Part shown: in pieces, positions 26,068-36,540 of the stretch
Numbering within the stretch: position 1 is the first letter of the stretch
Layout: the number at the start of each line of letters is the position of its first letter
IMG/VR virus record: IMGVR_UViG_3300025751_000034
Span: 1-47,373 of that record
DNA length: 47,373 nucleotides
Source: a virus
Taxonomy: Duplodnaviria; Caudoviricetes
Direction: 5' to 3' (one strand)
Made by a program: the position numbers and the translations under genes
Notes under the pieces: model-generated
Seen by the model: the letters and a program-made list of their open reading frames with translations, nothing else
What the model was told of the DNA's origin: nothing
Databases searched by the model: none

Positions 26068-27987
26068 TTATTCGGGAAAAACAATCTCCCCATCTACTAC
26101 TGCGGCGATATTACCTTTCTCTAAAATCTCTTCAAAGATACGATTTTCCATTGCTGTCTTCTCTTCGCCGGTCATAGATTCCAATACATCAAATACCTCC
26201 TCTACGTTTTTTAAGTTCGTCCTGATGTTTAATCGTTGAACAGCCATGAGGAGGTTGTGTTCCCTTTCAATTGACTCGTCTGTAACTGGCTCTTCTTCAA
26301 TCGTGGTCGCCTGATTTTCTTTTTTATTTTTCTTTTCTTCTATTGCTGCTTTTACAGCAGCTTCTGAGTCATATAGGAACTGAGCTCCACTCCTCTTTGT
26401 TTTAGATGGAGCCGCTATTTGCCTCATGGACGTGATAACCTCATCAAAGGCATCGCTACCCCTTGGTACTGTAATGTTCTTGATTGGCGTTCCGTCAATG
26501 CTTAACAAAGCTCCTTCAATTAGACCCGGCCCCGTGTTTAAATCAAATCCAAGAATCTCTCCAGTCTCTGAATTGTGAATGACATTCTTGACTTCGACTT
26601 TAATGTCTCCAGTTAGTAGCTCTTTTGCCTTGTCTGAAACAGCACTTCCTTGACTATTAATCTCCGACTCAATCAAACGTCCGGACATATTGAATCTGAA
26701 CGTCCTGCCGGATACGCTAGCTTTTACTTTTACTGCATTGGTATTTTCCGCCCCTTCTTCTGTACTGACTTTAGTGCCGGGCTCTACGAAAAATTCGATA
26801 GGTGGATACTCCACCTTGTTGGCTTCTGCCGCTGCTGCATCTAAAATGGCCTTGGTTTGAAGCCTTTCTTCTTCACGACGAATGCGTTCAGACTGGGCAG
26901 TCTCATCCTTTACTGGGATTAAATTGTATGCACGCTCAGCAGACTGCTCCATGTATACTTTTATCGCTTTTCTTTTTTGGACAGCAACCTCCATACCCAC
27001 TGCTGAGTTCTTGACTTCCTCGTCACTCACATCGAACACCCATTCACCCCTATCGTTCAGCCTTCCGCTGGCAATATTTCTTCCATCTGGAAGTACTGTG
27101 TTAAACAACTCTCCCTCAGTGTAGAATTTGGTTGCTTCGTCAATGTCGCTCTCACTAAGCTCAGTTTTCCCCGGGGCACGCAATACTTTGTATCCTATAG
27201 CTTGCATAGCCTCAAGCATTTCTGGCCCCCTGAGACTCATTCTAGATTGAAGCTCATCATTAATCATTTGATAAGCTGTCTCTGAATCTAAGTTGCCTGT
27301 AGCAAATCCATTGCCATCTCTAACCTGAAGAACCTCCGCCTGTTGAGCTAACAGACTATCATAAATATCCTTACCCATGTTCTCCGGCATGTAGTTGGTT
27401 CCTTCCCACATCATGGGTGGGATATACAAATCGTTTACATCCGATAAAAATGACTCAGCCCAGTATTTAAGCTCTCCTGTTTTTTTGTCTGCGACTACTA
27501 GCCTGCCATTCTCGTCAAATCTAACATCGGCTTTGTCATATTCGATAAAATCAGCGAGAGCTTCCTCTTGAGTGCCTGCCAATCCTTTAATGTTTCCGGC
27601 GACTATATTGGCCCTAATTTGGTTATTCTGCGCACTCTTGGCCGAAGCTATATTGGTGTAGGTCATGTACTCTTGTTTAGCTGCATTAGCGGCAGCTATA
27701 GCTGATGGCTCTCCAGAAACAAGGGCAGCGCTTGACTTCTCTTGCATGTCATTGAGGAGTAACTGAGCCCCTTCCCTGTACATGTTGTTGAGCTTTCCGT
27801 CAACAGATTCCTGCATAGCTTTTGTGAAGCCATACTGCTGGTCTCTCTCTATTCTGTCCCTTCTTTCGCGCTCCCTTTTCCTTTCCACATCAGCAACAAT
27901 CTGCATGCCGATGTTTCTGCCCGCTTGAGCAAAGTCAAAAGCAGGACCTACGTATCCTGTTTTAAATCTGATTCCTTCTTCAGCCAT
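26068..27987 (-). CDS. Putative internal virion (ejection) protein
   Basis: 639 aa, helical N-terminal half, between pilot-like and giant proteins. Confidence 0.65.
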   Translation of the reverse strand: MAEEGIRFKTGYVGPAFDFAQAGRNIGMQIVADVERKRERERRDRIERDQQYGFTKAMQESVDGKLNNMYREGAQLLLNDMQEKSSAALVSGEPSAIAAANAAKQEYMTYTNIASAKSAQNNQIRANIVAGNIKGLAGTQEEALADFIEYDKADVRFDENGRLVVADKKTGELKYWAESFLSDVNDLYIPPMMWEGTNYMPENMGKDIYDSLLAQQAEVLQVRDGNGFATGNLDSETAYQMINDELQSRMSLRGPEMLEAMQAIGYKVLRAPGKTELSESDIDEATKFYTEGELFNTVLPDGRNIASGRLNDRGEWVFDVSDEEVKNSAVGMEVAVQKRKAIKVYMEQSAERAYNLIPVKDETAQSERIRREEERLQTKAILDAAAAEANKVEYPPIEFFVEPGTKVSTEEGAENTNAVKVKASVSGRTFRFNMSGRLIESEINSQGSAVSDKAKELLTGDIKVEVKNVIHNSETGEILGFDLNTGPGLIEGALLSIDGTPIKNITVPRGSDAFDEVITSMRQIAAPSKTKRSGAQFLYDSEAAVKAAIEEKKNKKENQATTIEEEPVTDESIEREHNLLMAVQRLNIRTNLKNVEEVFDVLESMTGEEKTAMENRIFEEILEKGNIAAVVDGEIVFPE

Positions 27988-28804
27988 TGTCGTCTTCTTT
28001 TTCGAATCTAGTAACGAGCTTATTTACAAATCTATGCAGGGATGTCTTCCCGCTACCCGCCAATTGCTTGAGTTTCTTAGCGTCCTTTGGGGCAATTACA
28101 TACTCACCCCCAGTCAGAGCAATTCCCACGTCTCTTCCGTCCTCATCAACCACATACATTTCGTTGGTGTCATGATTAAATTCACCCGGAGTCTTTTGAA
28201 CCTCACCCCCTTCCTCCATGAATCCCGTTGCAACCTTCACGCCACCCTCAATAAACCCAGCTATTCCTTGCGCTAATTGCTGTTGCTTTTGAGCCAACCT
28301 AGCCTCAGCCATCGCCTTCTCGTCGTAAGCGTATTCTAAATTTCTACCGTACTGAGCGTCTTGCATTTGCTGCGTGAACTGCTGAGCCTGACCAAGATTA
28401 CTCAAAGCCTGAGTCTGAGCTTGCTGTTGAGTAGCTGCCTCTGCCCTCATTTGCTGTTGAGCCGCTTGTTGAGCCTGCATCACAGCACCTAAGCCTCTAG
28501 AGCCATACTGCTGAGCCGCTTGCGTTGTAGTGGCTAAAGACCTGTTAATGTCTTGCGTTCTCATCTGCATGAGTCGCTGGTCATAGGCGTTCTTCACTGC
28601 ATCGTAATACGCAGATGGTGTAGTAATAGACGGTTGAGTGGCCTTGATATTCTCCACGTTTTGTTTTGCAGATTCAATATCAGCTTTGATGGCTTTTCTT
28701 CCTGTTGCGCCAGCAATGATGCCAGCCAATCCTCCAGCGGCTCCAGCGATTCCAGCAATTTGGTCTTCACCAAATTGAAAAGTTTTCTCGTTCTCTTCCG
28801 GCAT
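27980..28804 (-). CDS. Putative pilot/ejection protein
   Basis: Gly/Ala hydrophobic N-terminus, Gln-rich coiled coil, C-terminal TPGEF.H..N...LTGGEYVI. Confidence 0.65.
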   Translation of the reverse strand: MPEENEKTFQFGEDQIAGIAGAAGGLAGIIAGATGRKAIKADIESAKQNVENIKATQPSITTPSAYYDAVKNAYDQRLMQMRTQDINRSLATTTQAAQQYGSRGLGAVMQAQQAAQQQMRAEAATQQQAQTQALSNLGQAQQFTQQMQDAQYGRNLEYAYDEKAMAEARLAQKQQQLAQGIAGFIEGGVKVATGFMEEGGEVQKTPGEFNHDTNEMYVVDEDGRDVGIALTGGEYVIAPKDAKKLKQLAGSGKTSLHRFVNKLVTRFEKEDDNG

Positions 28805-31800
28805 TATTTCTCTTGTTCGTTATGTAGTGGTGATGGAGTGAGTGATAAGTTTACGGCATATAACTCAACATCATCAGTATTATCGTTCGTTAATTCTACC
28901 TTGGCATAGTAGTCTCTAATGTGGTCTCCGTTGATTACGCTGTTAGAAACCGCGATTAACGTTTGACCAAACAACCCGATAGCAGAGGAGCTAGTCTTAA
29001 TTGTCTTTCTGTCTAACACCTCAGTGACGGTCAGTCCTGTTGGACTGGTTGACGAGCTGCCGAGTATTCTTATTTCGTCGCCAATTCCAAACGGCAAATT
29101 ACTAATCCTCCCGTCAAACCCTACCTGATTAAGCGCCGAACCAGATAATGAGGTTACTTCACCAAGCACAATAATGTTTGAGCCAGAGGAATCAGAAACA
29201 GCAGAAGATGTATCCTTTGGGATAACAGAGTACCTCAGACCCTCCTTGGTTTCAAACATAGGTTCAGTGACATCCGTCGTCTGGGTTGAGTTTGATATGG
29301 TTGCTGACCAGCTATCGTTTCCCTCCAAGCTAATAGCGTCATAGACCTTTATCATGGAAGGATTAATCCTAGAGACCATTGTCAATTTTGAGTTGTATTG
29401 AGTACCGTAAAAATTATTGTTCGTGTTATTTACGTTGTGCCTATACATCTGCCCCTCCTCAAATGAGAAGAAGCGGTTATGGAGGTTGGTGTACATCTCT
29501 GGGTTAAAGGAATAAAGGCTTAACCAGTATCCCTTCTTTGTTCCATACGCAACGGTATTACCGTCGTCGTCTACCCCATCAGTAACCGATATGGAAACGG
29601 ATGAATCAGCGAGTATACCAAACTTAATTAACGTCGAGGGGAATGATATTGAACCGTCTGCAGGGTTAATTAAGCCAACCCCACGATACGCTAAGTCTGA
29701 TGTTAGTATATCAATCTTAAGGGGTGCTGTCCCTTTGCTTCGACTTGGGTCAACAAACACCGAACCCCGCTCTGTGAGTTTGTCAATGAACATGATTGAG
29801 CCACCCAAGCTATCCCACTCTGGTAAGTACGAATCGGACGTGATATTGGTGTCATTCCACTTAATGTAATCCTTATCCCAAGTCAGCATATTGTTACTCC
29901 CGTAAACCGGTTTTACTTTACCAGAAGGATTCGCTACCCTTGCGTCAGCTGGTGGTTTAGGCACATCGCCTATCGCATCACCGTCAACAATAATGTCATT
30001 AACATCTTGAGCCTCTGTCGTTACAATGTACTCGTCATTTTCGGGGTCTAGTCCACAAGGGATTTTTGGTATGGAGTCTCTAAGCAATAACTCTGCAAAC
30101 AAATCCTCAAAGAATGAAGACATGCTCTTGTCACTGATAGGTTCTATACCATTGCTCGATATAGAGAATACCTTACCTGCATCCATGTCGCAGAAATAGA
30201 CAATCCCGAATCTGTCTACGATGGACTCTGGGTTTAATCCCGGACCGAATGAGCCCGCAAAATATGTCTCATTTCCAAGCACGTTTGTACTCGTTACCAG
30301 CATCCCATCGCCCGCAGCCTCTATAAGCTGTCTGCCGATTGGGGTTGCGCTAATCTTTTTCTCCTGCATCACTAGGATACCATCACCCCTATCAACCAAG
30401 AAGCAAACAGCTCCGTGCTTAGAGTTGTAATCTTTATATGGATACAACACTGGGTTGAATGAAGACAGGTTGAGAACTGAAGAATCAGAAGCAAATGGTG
30501 CGCTGTAGGTAATCGCGGTATGCCTCCTTATTTCTCTTTGGTCTGGTGTTTCGATAGCAGGCCTCCCAATACTAACCGCTTTCGAATCAAAAAAATCATT
30601 CACTGATTCGTCCTCAACAATCCATTTTCTGTAAAGCTGGTTATCTGGTTTCGTTGGGTTGTAAAGGTATTGAATGGCCGAGTTAGAGTTTGGGTTGTAT
30701 TCTATTTCAGGGTTGCTTAGCTGCTCCCTAATTCTCATATAAACATCCCCCTCCTCAATGGTCACGACACCCGGGTGTACACTGCTAGGTGAGCCTACCG
30801 TTGTAGTTGGTGTTGCGTAAATTTGGGCGGGTTGAACCGTAACACCTTGGCCCATAGGAGGAAAGCAGGTGTATCTAAAACTCCCATCATCTAACGGTTT
30901 AATAGATTGAACAATTACATTGTTGGCACTTCCGGTAATGTTAAGTTGGTCACCCTTGTAAAACCTCTCGGGTGATGAAAAGCTGTTTAAGGAGCTGGAT
31001 ATATTATATATTGGAGAAGAGCTTGCGCTGTCATTTGGCCTGTCTCCTGCGTGAGTCAAAACGCCACCAACTTCCACAATATCATACTGCTTGCCAACTT
31101 CATAGTACACTCTAGCTGAGTCCTCCGAACTCTTCTTTGGCCTACATATTTCAACTAGGCAGTTCTGAGAAAAGAAATCTTTACCAGTCGTAACATCACC
31201 ACGCCCGAAGCCGCTGATGTTGTTGTCTCTAACAGTAAGGAACCATCCGGTCCTCCTATAATTGTTTTCATCTTCAGCTTCACTTGCGTCTGATAAGAGG
31301 ATAGGGTTCTCATCATCATCGCCGTAATATGCATATGATGTGATTACGAATTCATGCAATGGTCGCTGAACATTCCCCTCCTCATCTTCATACTGAAGTA
31401 CCCTAAGTATGTCGCCTTCATTGAAAGAATAAGAAATGTTAGCGCCCTTAAAATCCCTATATGAGTTTGACTTCCCCTCTAGCCCTCGGAGCGATAGAAA
31501 TATTTGACCATTGATACCACCCTCTAACCCCTGAAGAATTGGTCTGGTCTTCAATCCATCATTTGACCTGATGTCAGTAAAGTCTGTTTGCTTTCCAAGA
31601 GCCGCTTCATTTACGATAATCTGGAGAATTTTGTCGTAAGAGGTGTTTTTAGAGTAGACTATAGAATACTTTGAAGCCCAGCCCGGAGGTGTGTGCAACA
31701 GCCTAAAATCAATCTCAGTCCTTCCTTGGTTGCCACCACGAGCCTGTTCTCCGAAGTGGCTAACGTACTTCTCATCGAGAGGTTGAACTCCGCTCTGACG

Positions 31801-34014
31801 GTTTCTATCATCGTAATAAACAATTCCAAAGTCATGAACAGCCCCAGCCTTAAAAGAAGTTACAGCTTCACCGTCTTGAGATACTATCTCAATAAGACCG
31901 TTATTAAGTTTGTAATCGAACCAATGAGAACGAATTGCACCGTCACCAACACTGTAATCTCTTAGGGTGTAGCCAGTTCCGTTAGTCTGTTGGTTTATGC
32001 TTAAATCAATCTTATCGTTTTGGTACATCCAAAGCGTAGAATATCTTACGCATCCCCCACGGTCCACTAAATTTCCATTAAAGGCTGGCTCATTAGTATC
32101 AATAAAATCGTTGCCGACGTTGGTGGAGCCGTTGTTCGCAAAGTGATATGGAGCTATCACAGTGTCGGCTGATAGCTCGACACCCGTGCACCTAACCTTG
32201 CAAGTAATCTTTTGTTCTTGTTCGTTGTAGATGGCTCCGGCTACAGAGAAACTAGCTGTGCCTGACATCCATGCAATCAATCTATTTTTTTCAGCGCCAC
32301 TGGCACCGTTTACAGATTGGAATCCAGTTGTTCCTGCAAACATTGCGGTTGCCCCGCCAAAATTATCGTAATTAAAAAAACCCGGAGATACCCCAACTAT
32401 GGCCTCAGGCATGTTAGATAATATCTCATTAGCTAAAGCCTCACCAAAATCTGAAACGGTTTCGTATCCCCCTACGGTAAAATCATGCACAAATTGACAT
32501 GGTGATTCCATTATTAAATTCCCCACCCCTTGCTGGTGGCTATCTGGGTCTAGGATAGTAAGATTTTGAGAGTGAATTTCTTCATTGTCTAAATCATAGG
32601 TTGTTGCAGAAATCGAAAATCTCGTTTCAGCGGGGTCGCTATCTAAGTCGCAAGAGAACCCTAGTGCGCTACACGAAAGAGAAACGTTAATCGAACATTG
32701 ACCGTTTTCAGGGATTCCTTCTTCTGGGAAGTCGCTAAGGTTAATGTCAAAGGAAATACCATTGGTGGTGCTATCACCAAATCTAGCCCTATTAAAAGTC
32801 CCGGTTTCTATGGTAGCCGCAAGAGCTCCACCGGCTTTTGCGCGTCTAGCTTCTTTATATTGGTCAGAGCTGATGTCGCTAAGGGACTCATTCATGGGCT
32901 CATTATCCTCCATGAAGAAATCTGCCTCCTGAGCAATTTGAATATTTGGGTGGTAAACCGGATAGCTATTAACGTTAGTACTTGAAAGGTTGTCAAAACC
33001 CTCTAGGTAGTTTCCATAAAGCAAACGACCGTTTGATACGGCTTGAGCCATTGCTGCTCTAGGTACAGAGTCGTATGGCTTGTTAGCTTCTTCGTCAGAG
33101 ATAAACGAATAGACTTTATCGTTCCTAAACGTATGTAACTGATAATCTTGATTAGCGTCGTTATTGAGTTCGGCTATCTTTTGAAACCCCCCATCGTTGT
33201 TTCTTCTAGCGAACACCCTAATCTTATCTACGGGCCCGTCAGAATTTTTAATCGTTAACCTAAGCTCGTTGTTGAAAGACTCTAAGTACTGAACTGCATT
33301 AGAGTTGTATGCTAAGTTTGTGCTACTAACCGCGAGAGACGAGTAAGCAGAGAGAGCGCTTACCTCACCATCATCATAAATGTACTGGTACGCAAACTGA
33401 AAACAACTCTCCTTTAGATTGTTTGTCCTCCTACTTGAATTGGTTTGAAATTCCCAAGTGATAACGTCTTGTGGGGGTTGCTTGCAAACCGTTAGGTACT
33501 TGTTCTTTTGAGTATCAGTACCAGTAGTCATTATGCTGTTGTACCCTCCGAATAACAAGCGCGTTGCGTTCACCTTCCTCGGCTCATTCCTGTTATCGGT
33601 GAAGTACAGCAAGTGTTCCTGAAATTGATTAATAACAACGTCGCCCTTGACAAATCCGTCGCGCTCAAAATTGAGAACAGAGTCTTCGTAAAGCTTTACG
33701 TAGTTGTCATTCACTGAGTCGTAACGGTAAATGCCGTGGTTCAATTCAGAGTTGTACAAAAAGAAGTAGATGCACTTACCTGCTTCACATGGTACAACTC
33801 CGATAACCCTATTGTCTCCAGAGCTTGGGATAGCATCAGCAGTGGTTGCGGCTGACACAGCTTCAGTCCCTTCAATATTTTTTACAATCCCTTGGTCACC
33901 ACCATCCTCATGGGACACGCGAATGTTGAGCGCGTCTGTCATTTCAAACGGCTTAACTAACCTCTCATCTTCATCCTTGTTGAGGTACTGAGGTACAAGC
34001 TTATCTATAGCCAT
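28804..34014 (-). CDS. Tail stabilisation/nozzle protein (crAss-like, P22 gp10 analogue)
   Basis: LNKD.DERLV, DALNIR, LYFTDN.NEPRK.N, F.FAY.Y.Y.DGE.SA, N.LLYGNY, GIVYYD...R. Confidence 0.75.
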   Translation of the reverse strand: MAIDKLVPQYLNKDEDERLVKPFEMTDALNIRVSHEDGGDQGIVKNIEGTEAVSAATTADAIPSSGDNRVIGVVPCEAGKCIYFFLYNSELNHGIYRYDSVNDNYVKLYEDSVLNFERDGFVKGDVVINQFQEHLLYFTDNRNEPRKVNATRLLFGGYNSIMTTGTDTQKNKYLTVCKQPPQDVITWEFQTNSSRRTNNLKESCFQFAYQYIYDDGEVSALSAYSSLAVSSTNLAYNSNAVQYLESFNNELRLTIKNSDGPVDKIRVFARRNNDGGFQKIAELNNDANQDYQLHTFRNDKVYSFISDEEANKPYDSVPRAAMAQAVSNGRLLYGNYLEGFDNLSSTNVNSYPVYHPNIQIAQEADFFMEDNEPMNESLSDISSDQYKEARRAKAGGALAATIETGTFNRARFGDSTTNGISFDINLSDFPEEGIPENGQCSINVSLSCSALGFSCDLDSDPAETRFSISATTYDLDNEEIHSQNLTILDPDSHQQGVGNLIMESPCQFVHDFTVGGYETVSDFGEALANEILSNMPEAIVGVSPGFFNYDNFGGATAMFAGTTGFQSVNGASGAEKNRLIAWMSGTASFSVAGAIYNEQEQKITCKVRCTGVELSADTVIAPYHFANNGSTNVGNDFIDTNEPAFNGNLVDRGGCVRYSTLWMYQNDKIDLSINQQTNGTGYTLRDYSVGDGAIRSHWFDYKLNNGLIEIVSQDGEAVTSFKAGAVHDFGIVYYDDRNRQSGVQPLDEKYVSHFGEQARGGNQGRTEIDFRLLHTPPGWASKYSIVYSKNTSYDKILQIIVNEAALGKQTDFTDIRSNDGLKTRPILQGLEGGINGQIFLSLRGLEGKSNSYRDFKGANISYSFNEGDILRVLQYEDEEGNVQRPLHEFVITSYAYYGDDDENPILLSDASEAEDENNYRRTGWFLTVRDNNISGFGRGDVTTGKDFFSQNCLVEICRPKKSSEDSARVYYEVGKQYDIVEVGGVLTHAGDRPNDSASSSPIYNISSSLNSFSSPERFYKGDQLNITGSANNVIVQSIKPLDDGSFRYTCFPPMGQGVTVQPAQIYATPTTTVGSPSSVHPGVVTIEEGDVYMRIREQLSNPEIEYNPNSNSAIQYLYNPTKPDNQLYRKWIVEDESVNDFFDSKAVSIGRPAIETPDQREIRRHTAITYSAPFASDSSVLNLSSFNPVLYPYKDYNSKHGAVCFLVDRGDGILVMQEKKISATPIGRQLIEAAGDGMLVTSTNVLGNETYFAGSFGPGLNPESIVDRFGIVYFCDMDAGKVFSISSNGIEPISDKSMSSFFEDLFAELLLRDSIPKIPCGLDPENDEYIVTTEAQDVNDIIVDGDAIGDVPKPPADARVANPSGKVKPVYGSNNMLTWDKDYIKWNDTNITSDSYLPEWDSLGGSIMFIDKLTERGSVFVDPSRSKGTAPLKIDILTSDLAYRGVGLINPADGSISFPSTLIKFGILADSSVSISVTDGVDDDGNTVAYGTKKGYWLSLYSFNPEMYTNLHNRFFSFEEGQMYRHNVNNTNNNFYGTQYNSKLTMVSRINPSMIKVYDAISLEGNDSWSATISNSTQTTDVTEPMFETKEGLRYSVIPKDTSSAVSDSSGSNIIVLGEVTSLSGSALNQVGFDGRISNLPFGIGDEIRILGSSSTSPTGLTVTEVLDRKTIKTSSSAIGLFGQTLIAVSNSVINGDHIRDYYAKVELTNDNTDDVELYAVNLSLTPSPLHNEQEK

Positions 34015-34820
34015 TAGTACTTAGGTGATTGCTTGAAGTTCTTTCTGATAGTCTTCAATGCTTCTTCAGCACTGAATGCCTTCAACCGTGCGTTTGCCTT
34101 ACGGCGCTCGTTGTAATATTCTTGCCGTGCTCTAGCCTTCTCACCCATAGGTACGCTAGACTTGCGCTCAATCAGCTTGTAGTAAATGTACATTCTAAGA
34201 GCCTCTTCAGCCTCGACCTGAATCGTTGGGTCAACCGACCTAGCTTCATCAGCAACGTACTCGATTACAACTTCGTTTTCAGTGACACCTGAAAGCTCGA
34301 TTCTATTTTGGTCTAGGTTTAGTCTGTATTGCCCTTCGTAGAATCCACCGCCTAGCCCATAAATCTGACCGACGTTATTCTGGTAGATGTAGTTGCTGAA
34401 TACAACGTAATCATCATCACCAAAGATTCCAGTTCCCGTTGCACCTGTCTTGGATTCAACCCTATCGTAAACACCATCTCCGTCTGAATCAATAAAGTTT
34501 CCAGCTGCGTCAGCGTCATACTTCTGAGAGTAGTTGATGTTCTTGTTCTCACCAAAAACATAGACTAACCCATCCTCTTTAACCACACCAATCTTTACCA
34601 AGCTTACAAAGTCGTCTGGCAAAGCCACAGTATCGTTAGAGGCAACTGACAGCTTAAGAGAGCGAACACGCTTCAGCATATCAAACCCCATTTCTCGGAT
34701 TCCTCTGAGAGCAAAGTTTCTAATCACTACATCAGACACGTTGCTAACGTAGTCGTCAGAGTCAAGCGTAAGAACAAAGTCATTGATTACTTGGTCTATG
34801 GTTACTAGGTTCCTTGCCAT
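34014..34820 (-). CDS. Tail ring/adaptor protein
   Basis: LPDDFV, IEYVAD, EEALR.YI; synteny. Confidence 0.6.
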   Translation of the reverse strand: MARNLVTIDQVINDFVLTLDSDDYVSNVSDVVIRNFALRGIREMGFDMLKRVRSLKLSVASNDTVALPDDFVSLVKIGVVKEDGLVYVFGENKNINYSQKYDADAAGNFIDSDGDGVYDRVESKTGATGTGIFGDDDYVVFSNYIYQNNVGQIYGLGGGFYEGQYRLNLDQNRIELSGVTENEVVIEYVADEARSVDPTIQVEAEEALRMYIYYKLIERKSSVPMGEKARARQEYYNERRKANARLKAFSAEEALKTIRKNFKQSPKY

Positions 34821-34823
34821 CTA

Positions 34824-35561
34824 TTATCGCTTTTGAGATTGACTTTCTGCGTAGGTGTAGATGTTAGTGTCACGCAGATTAACACCAATCAACCTAGCCA
34901 TCTCCTCTATAATCTCTGGGGTGTAGTGCTCAGGCAGTTCAAAGTCAACACTTGTAGAAGCATCGTATGTTTCTTTGTTGTTGTTTGTGGTGAACCCGAA
35001 CTTAGGCATAGACGCTGTCCTTGCACCCGTGGTTGGATTGATACCCTCCGGCTGCTTGTAGTATCTCACCCGAATCTTCTTTATGCTTTGTGGGTAGACT
35101 TCAATCTCGTCGTCAAGAAAGGCTACCGGGGATGTTTCAGTTGGGGCGCTAAGGTTACTATTAAGTATGTACTCAATCTTTTCCTCATCATACTCAACTG
35201 GAACGGTGACAGAAGTGTTAGTCCCCAGCAACAAGCTACCGTCGGTCTTAACACTAATGATTTTAGCTAGGTCGTCTGGCTTTTCGAAGTGAGCGTTTAA
35301 CGTTCTTGTAATCGCATTGGATGTCTTAGAGAACATTGACATATCCTCCTTGAGTTGCTTCGTCTCAGACTTGTCCCTACCGCCATCTATGCCGCGTTTG
35401 CGCATAGCGTTAGCAGTCATCAAGCGCTTAAAAATAGCGTTGAAGACATTTGCCTGAGCAATAGGAGCAAAGGAGTTAAACTCAGTGGGTGTGACAAAAC
35501 CTCGCTGGTCCTTATTTGCGATGTCTTTCAGTGCATTGTAAACCTCTCGAACGCTTGCCAT
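34824..35561 (-). CDS. Tail ring/head-tail connector protein
   Basis: ANKDQRGFVTP.EFN..A..AQ, Y...P, DFELP; synteny. Confidence 0.65.
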   Translation of the reverse strand: MASVREVYNALKDIANKDQRGFVTPTEFNSFAPIAQANVFNAIFKRLMTANAMRKRGIDGGRDKSETKQLKEDMSMFSKTSNAITRTLNAHFEKPDDLAKIISVKTDGSLLLGTNTSVTVPVEYDEEKIEYILNSNLSAPTETSPVAFLDDEIEVYPQSIKKIRVRYYKQPEGINPTTGARTASMPKFGFTTNNNKETYDASTSVDFELPEHYTPEIIEEMARLIGVNLRDTNIYTYAESQSQKR

Positions 35562-35578
35562 AGTTAGGGAATCTACAG

Positions 35579-35586
35579 CAAATATA
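35579..35586 (-). promoter_or_regulatory. Bacteroidota -7 promoter element TATATTTG
   Basis: Exact TAnnTTTG 17 nt upstream of ATG35561, directly after a terminator. Confidence 0.6.
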
Positions 35587-35589
35587 CAG

Positions 35590-35617
35590 AAAAAGAAAGG
35601 GGGCGTGTTGCCCCCTC
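35590..35617 (-). terminator. Intrinsic terminator
   Basis: Minus strand AGGGGGC-AACAC-GCCCCCT then TTCTTTTT. Confidence 0.7.
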
Positions 35618-35642
35618 TCCCCAGTTAGAGTACGATAGACAG

Positions 35643-36467
35643 TTAAGCAATGTCATCCAGCTGGCGTTCCAGCTCAGATAGGACACTTGAACCCTTATCA
35701 GTCATTACAAATCTAGTCATAACTTCTGTTTTATCCTGTCCTACAGGCACAGAAACTATCAACTTTCCAGTATCAAACCACACCACAGCTCCACTTCGCT
35801 GTTCAATAATTTGAAAATCAAATGATTGTGCGACTGTAGTTCTAGCCATTACCATAGGGCTGTCGATAAGTCCCATGAATTGCGATGCGTTACGCTTAGC
35901 CGCCTGAACCAGCGCCCTCTTAATTGATAGGTCTGACTGATTCGTGTTGATGTTTAATGCCATGGCTACCGGCAGCAAGTCATCAATCGATTTGGATTTG
36001 ATGAGTGAGATAGCATCAGTCGTAGCAAACTCTGCCTCAAGCTCAAGCTCTGATTTTTTCTCATCATTCGCCAGCTCAAATACACTACCACCGTTGGCCT
36101 TGTTGTCTGGATGTAAGTCCAAGAACTGTTGAAGATTTGGCTTGTCGTATGGTACAGACAAAATCTTATTCTCGAATACTACGTGCTCAAGCTTTGAAAT
36201 TTGGGATTGCTCATCAACATAGATTGAAGGCTCTCCGGGACAGTATCTAATCTGTCTCACCGCTTTCTTTTCCTCGTCGAAAATATTAACGTTCTTACAT
36301 CTAAGCTTGAAAAAGATTCCCCCTTTGTTACCAACCATCTGGTAAACCTTTGGGACTCTGGTTCCGTCTGGTAGCTGTCTTTTGACCTTAGCTACTTTCT
36401 TTTTAGACGTTGTTTCGGGTGCTGTTTGTGGAGGTCTACCCGGTGACCTTTTAGTTGCCTGTGGCAT
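35643..36467 (-). CDS. Conserved protein downstream of the major capsid gene
   Basis: RQIRYCPGEPSIYVDEQ, LQQFLDLHP.N motifs; function unknown. Confidence 0.7.
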   Translation of the reverse strand: MPQATKRSPGRPPQTAPETTSKKKVAKVKRQLPDGTRVPKVYQMVGNKGGIFFKLRCKNVNIFDEEKKAVRQIRYCPGEPSIYVDEQSQISKLEHVVFENKILSVPYDKPNLQQFLDLHPDNKANGGSVFELANDEKKSELELEAEFATTDAISLIKSKSIDDLLPVAMALNINTNQSDLSIKRALVQAAKRNASQFMGLIDSPMVMARTTVAQSFDFQIIEQRSGAVVWFDTGKLIVSVPVGQDKTEVMTRFVMTDKGSSVLSELERQLDDIA

Positions 36468-36486
36468 ATTGAATCGGATTTAATTA

Positions 36487-36531
36487 AAAGGAAAGTAATG
36501 AAGGGGAGAGCCATTCCCTCCCCCGCATTAC
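36487..36531 (-). terminator. Terminator-like hairpin after the major capsid gene
   Basis: GTAATG..GGGGAG...CTCCCC..CATTAC then TTTCCTTTT on the minus strand. Confidence 0.55.
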
Positions 36532-36540
36532 GTATCAGAA

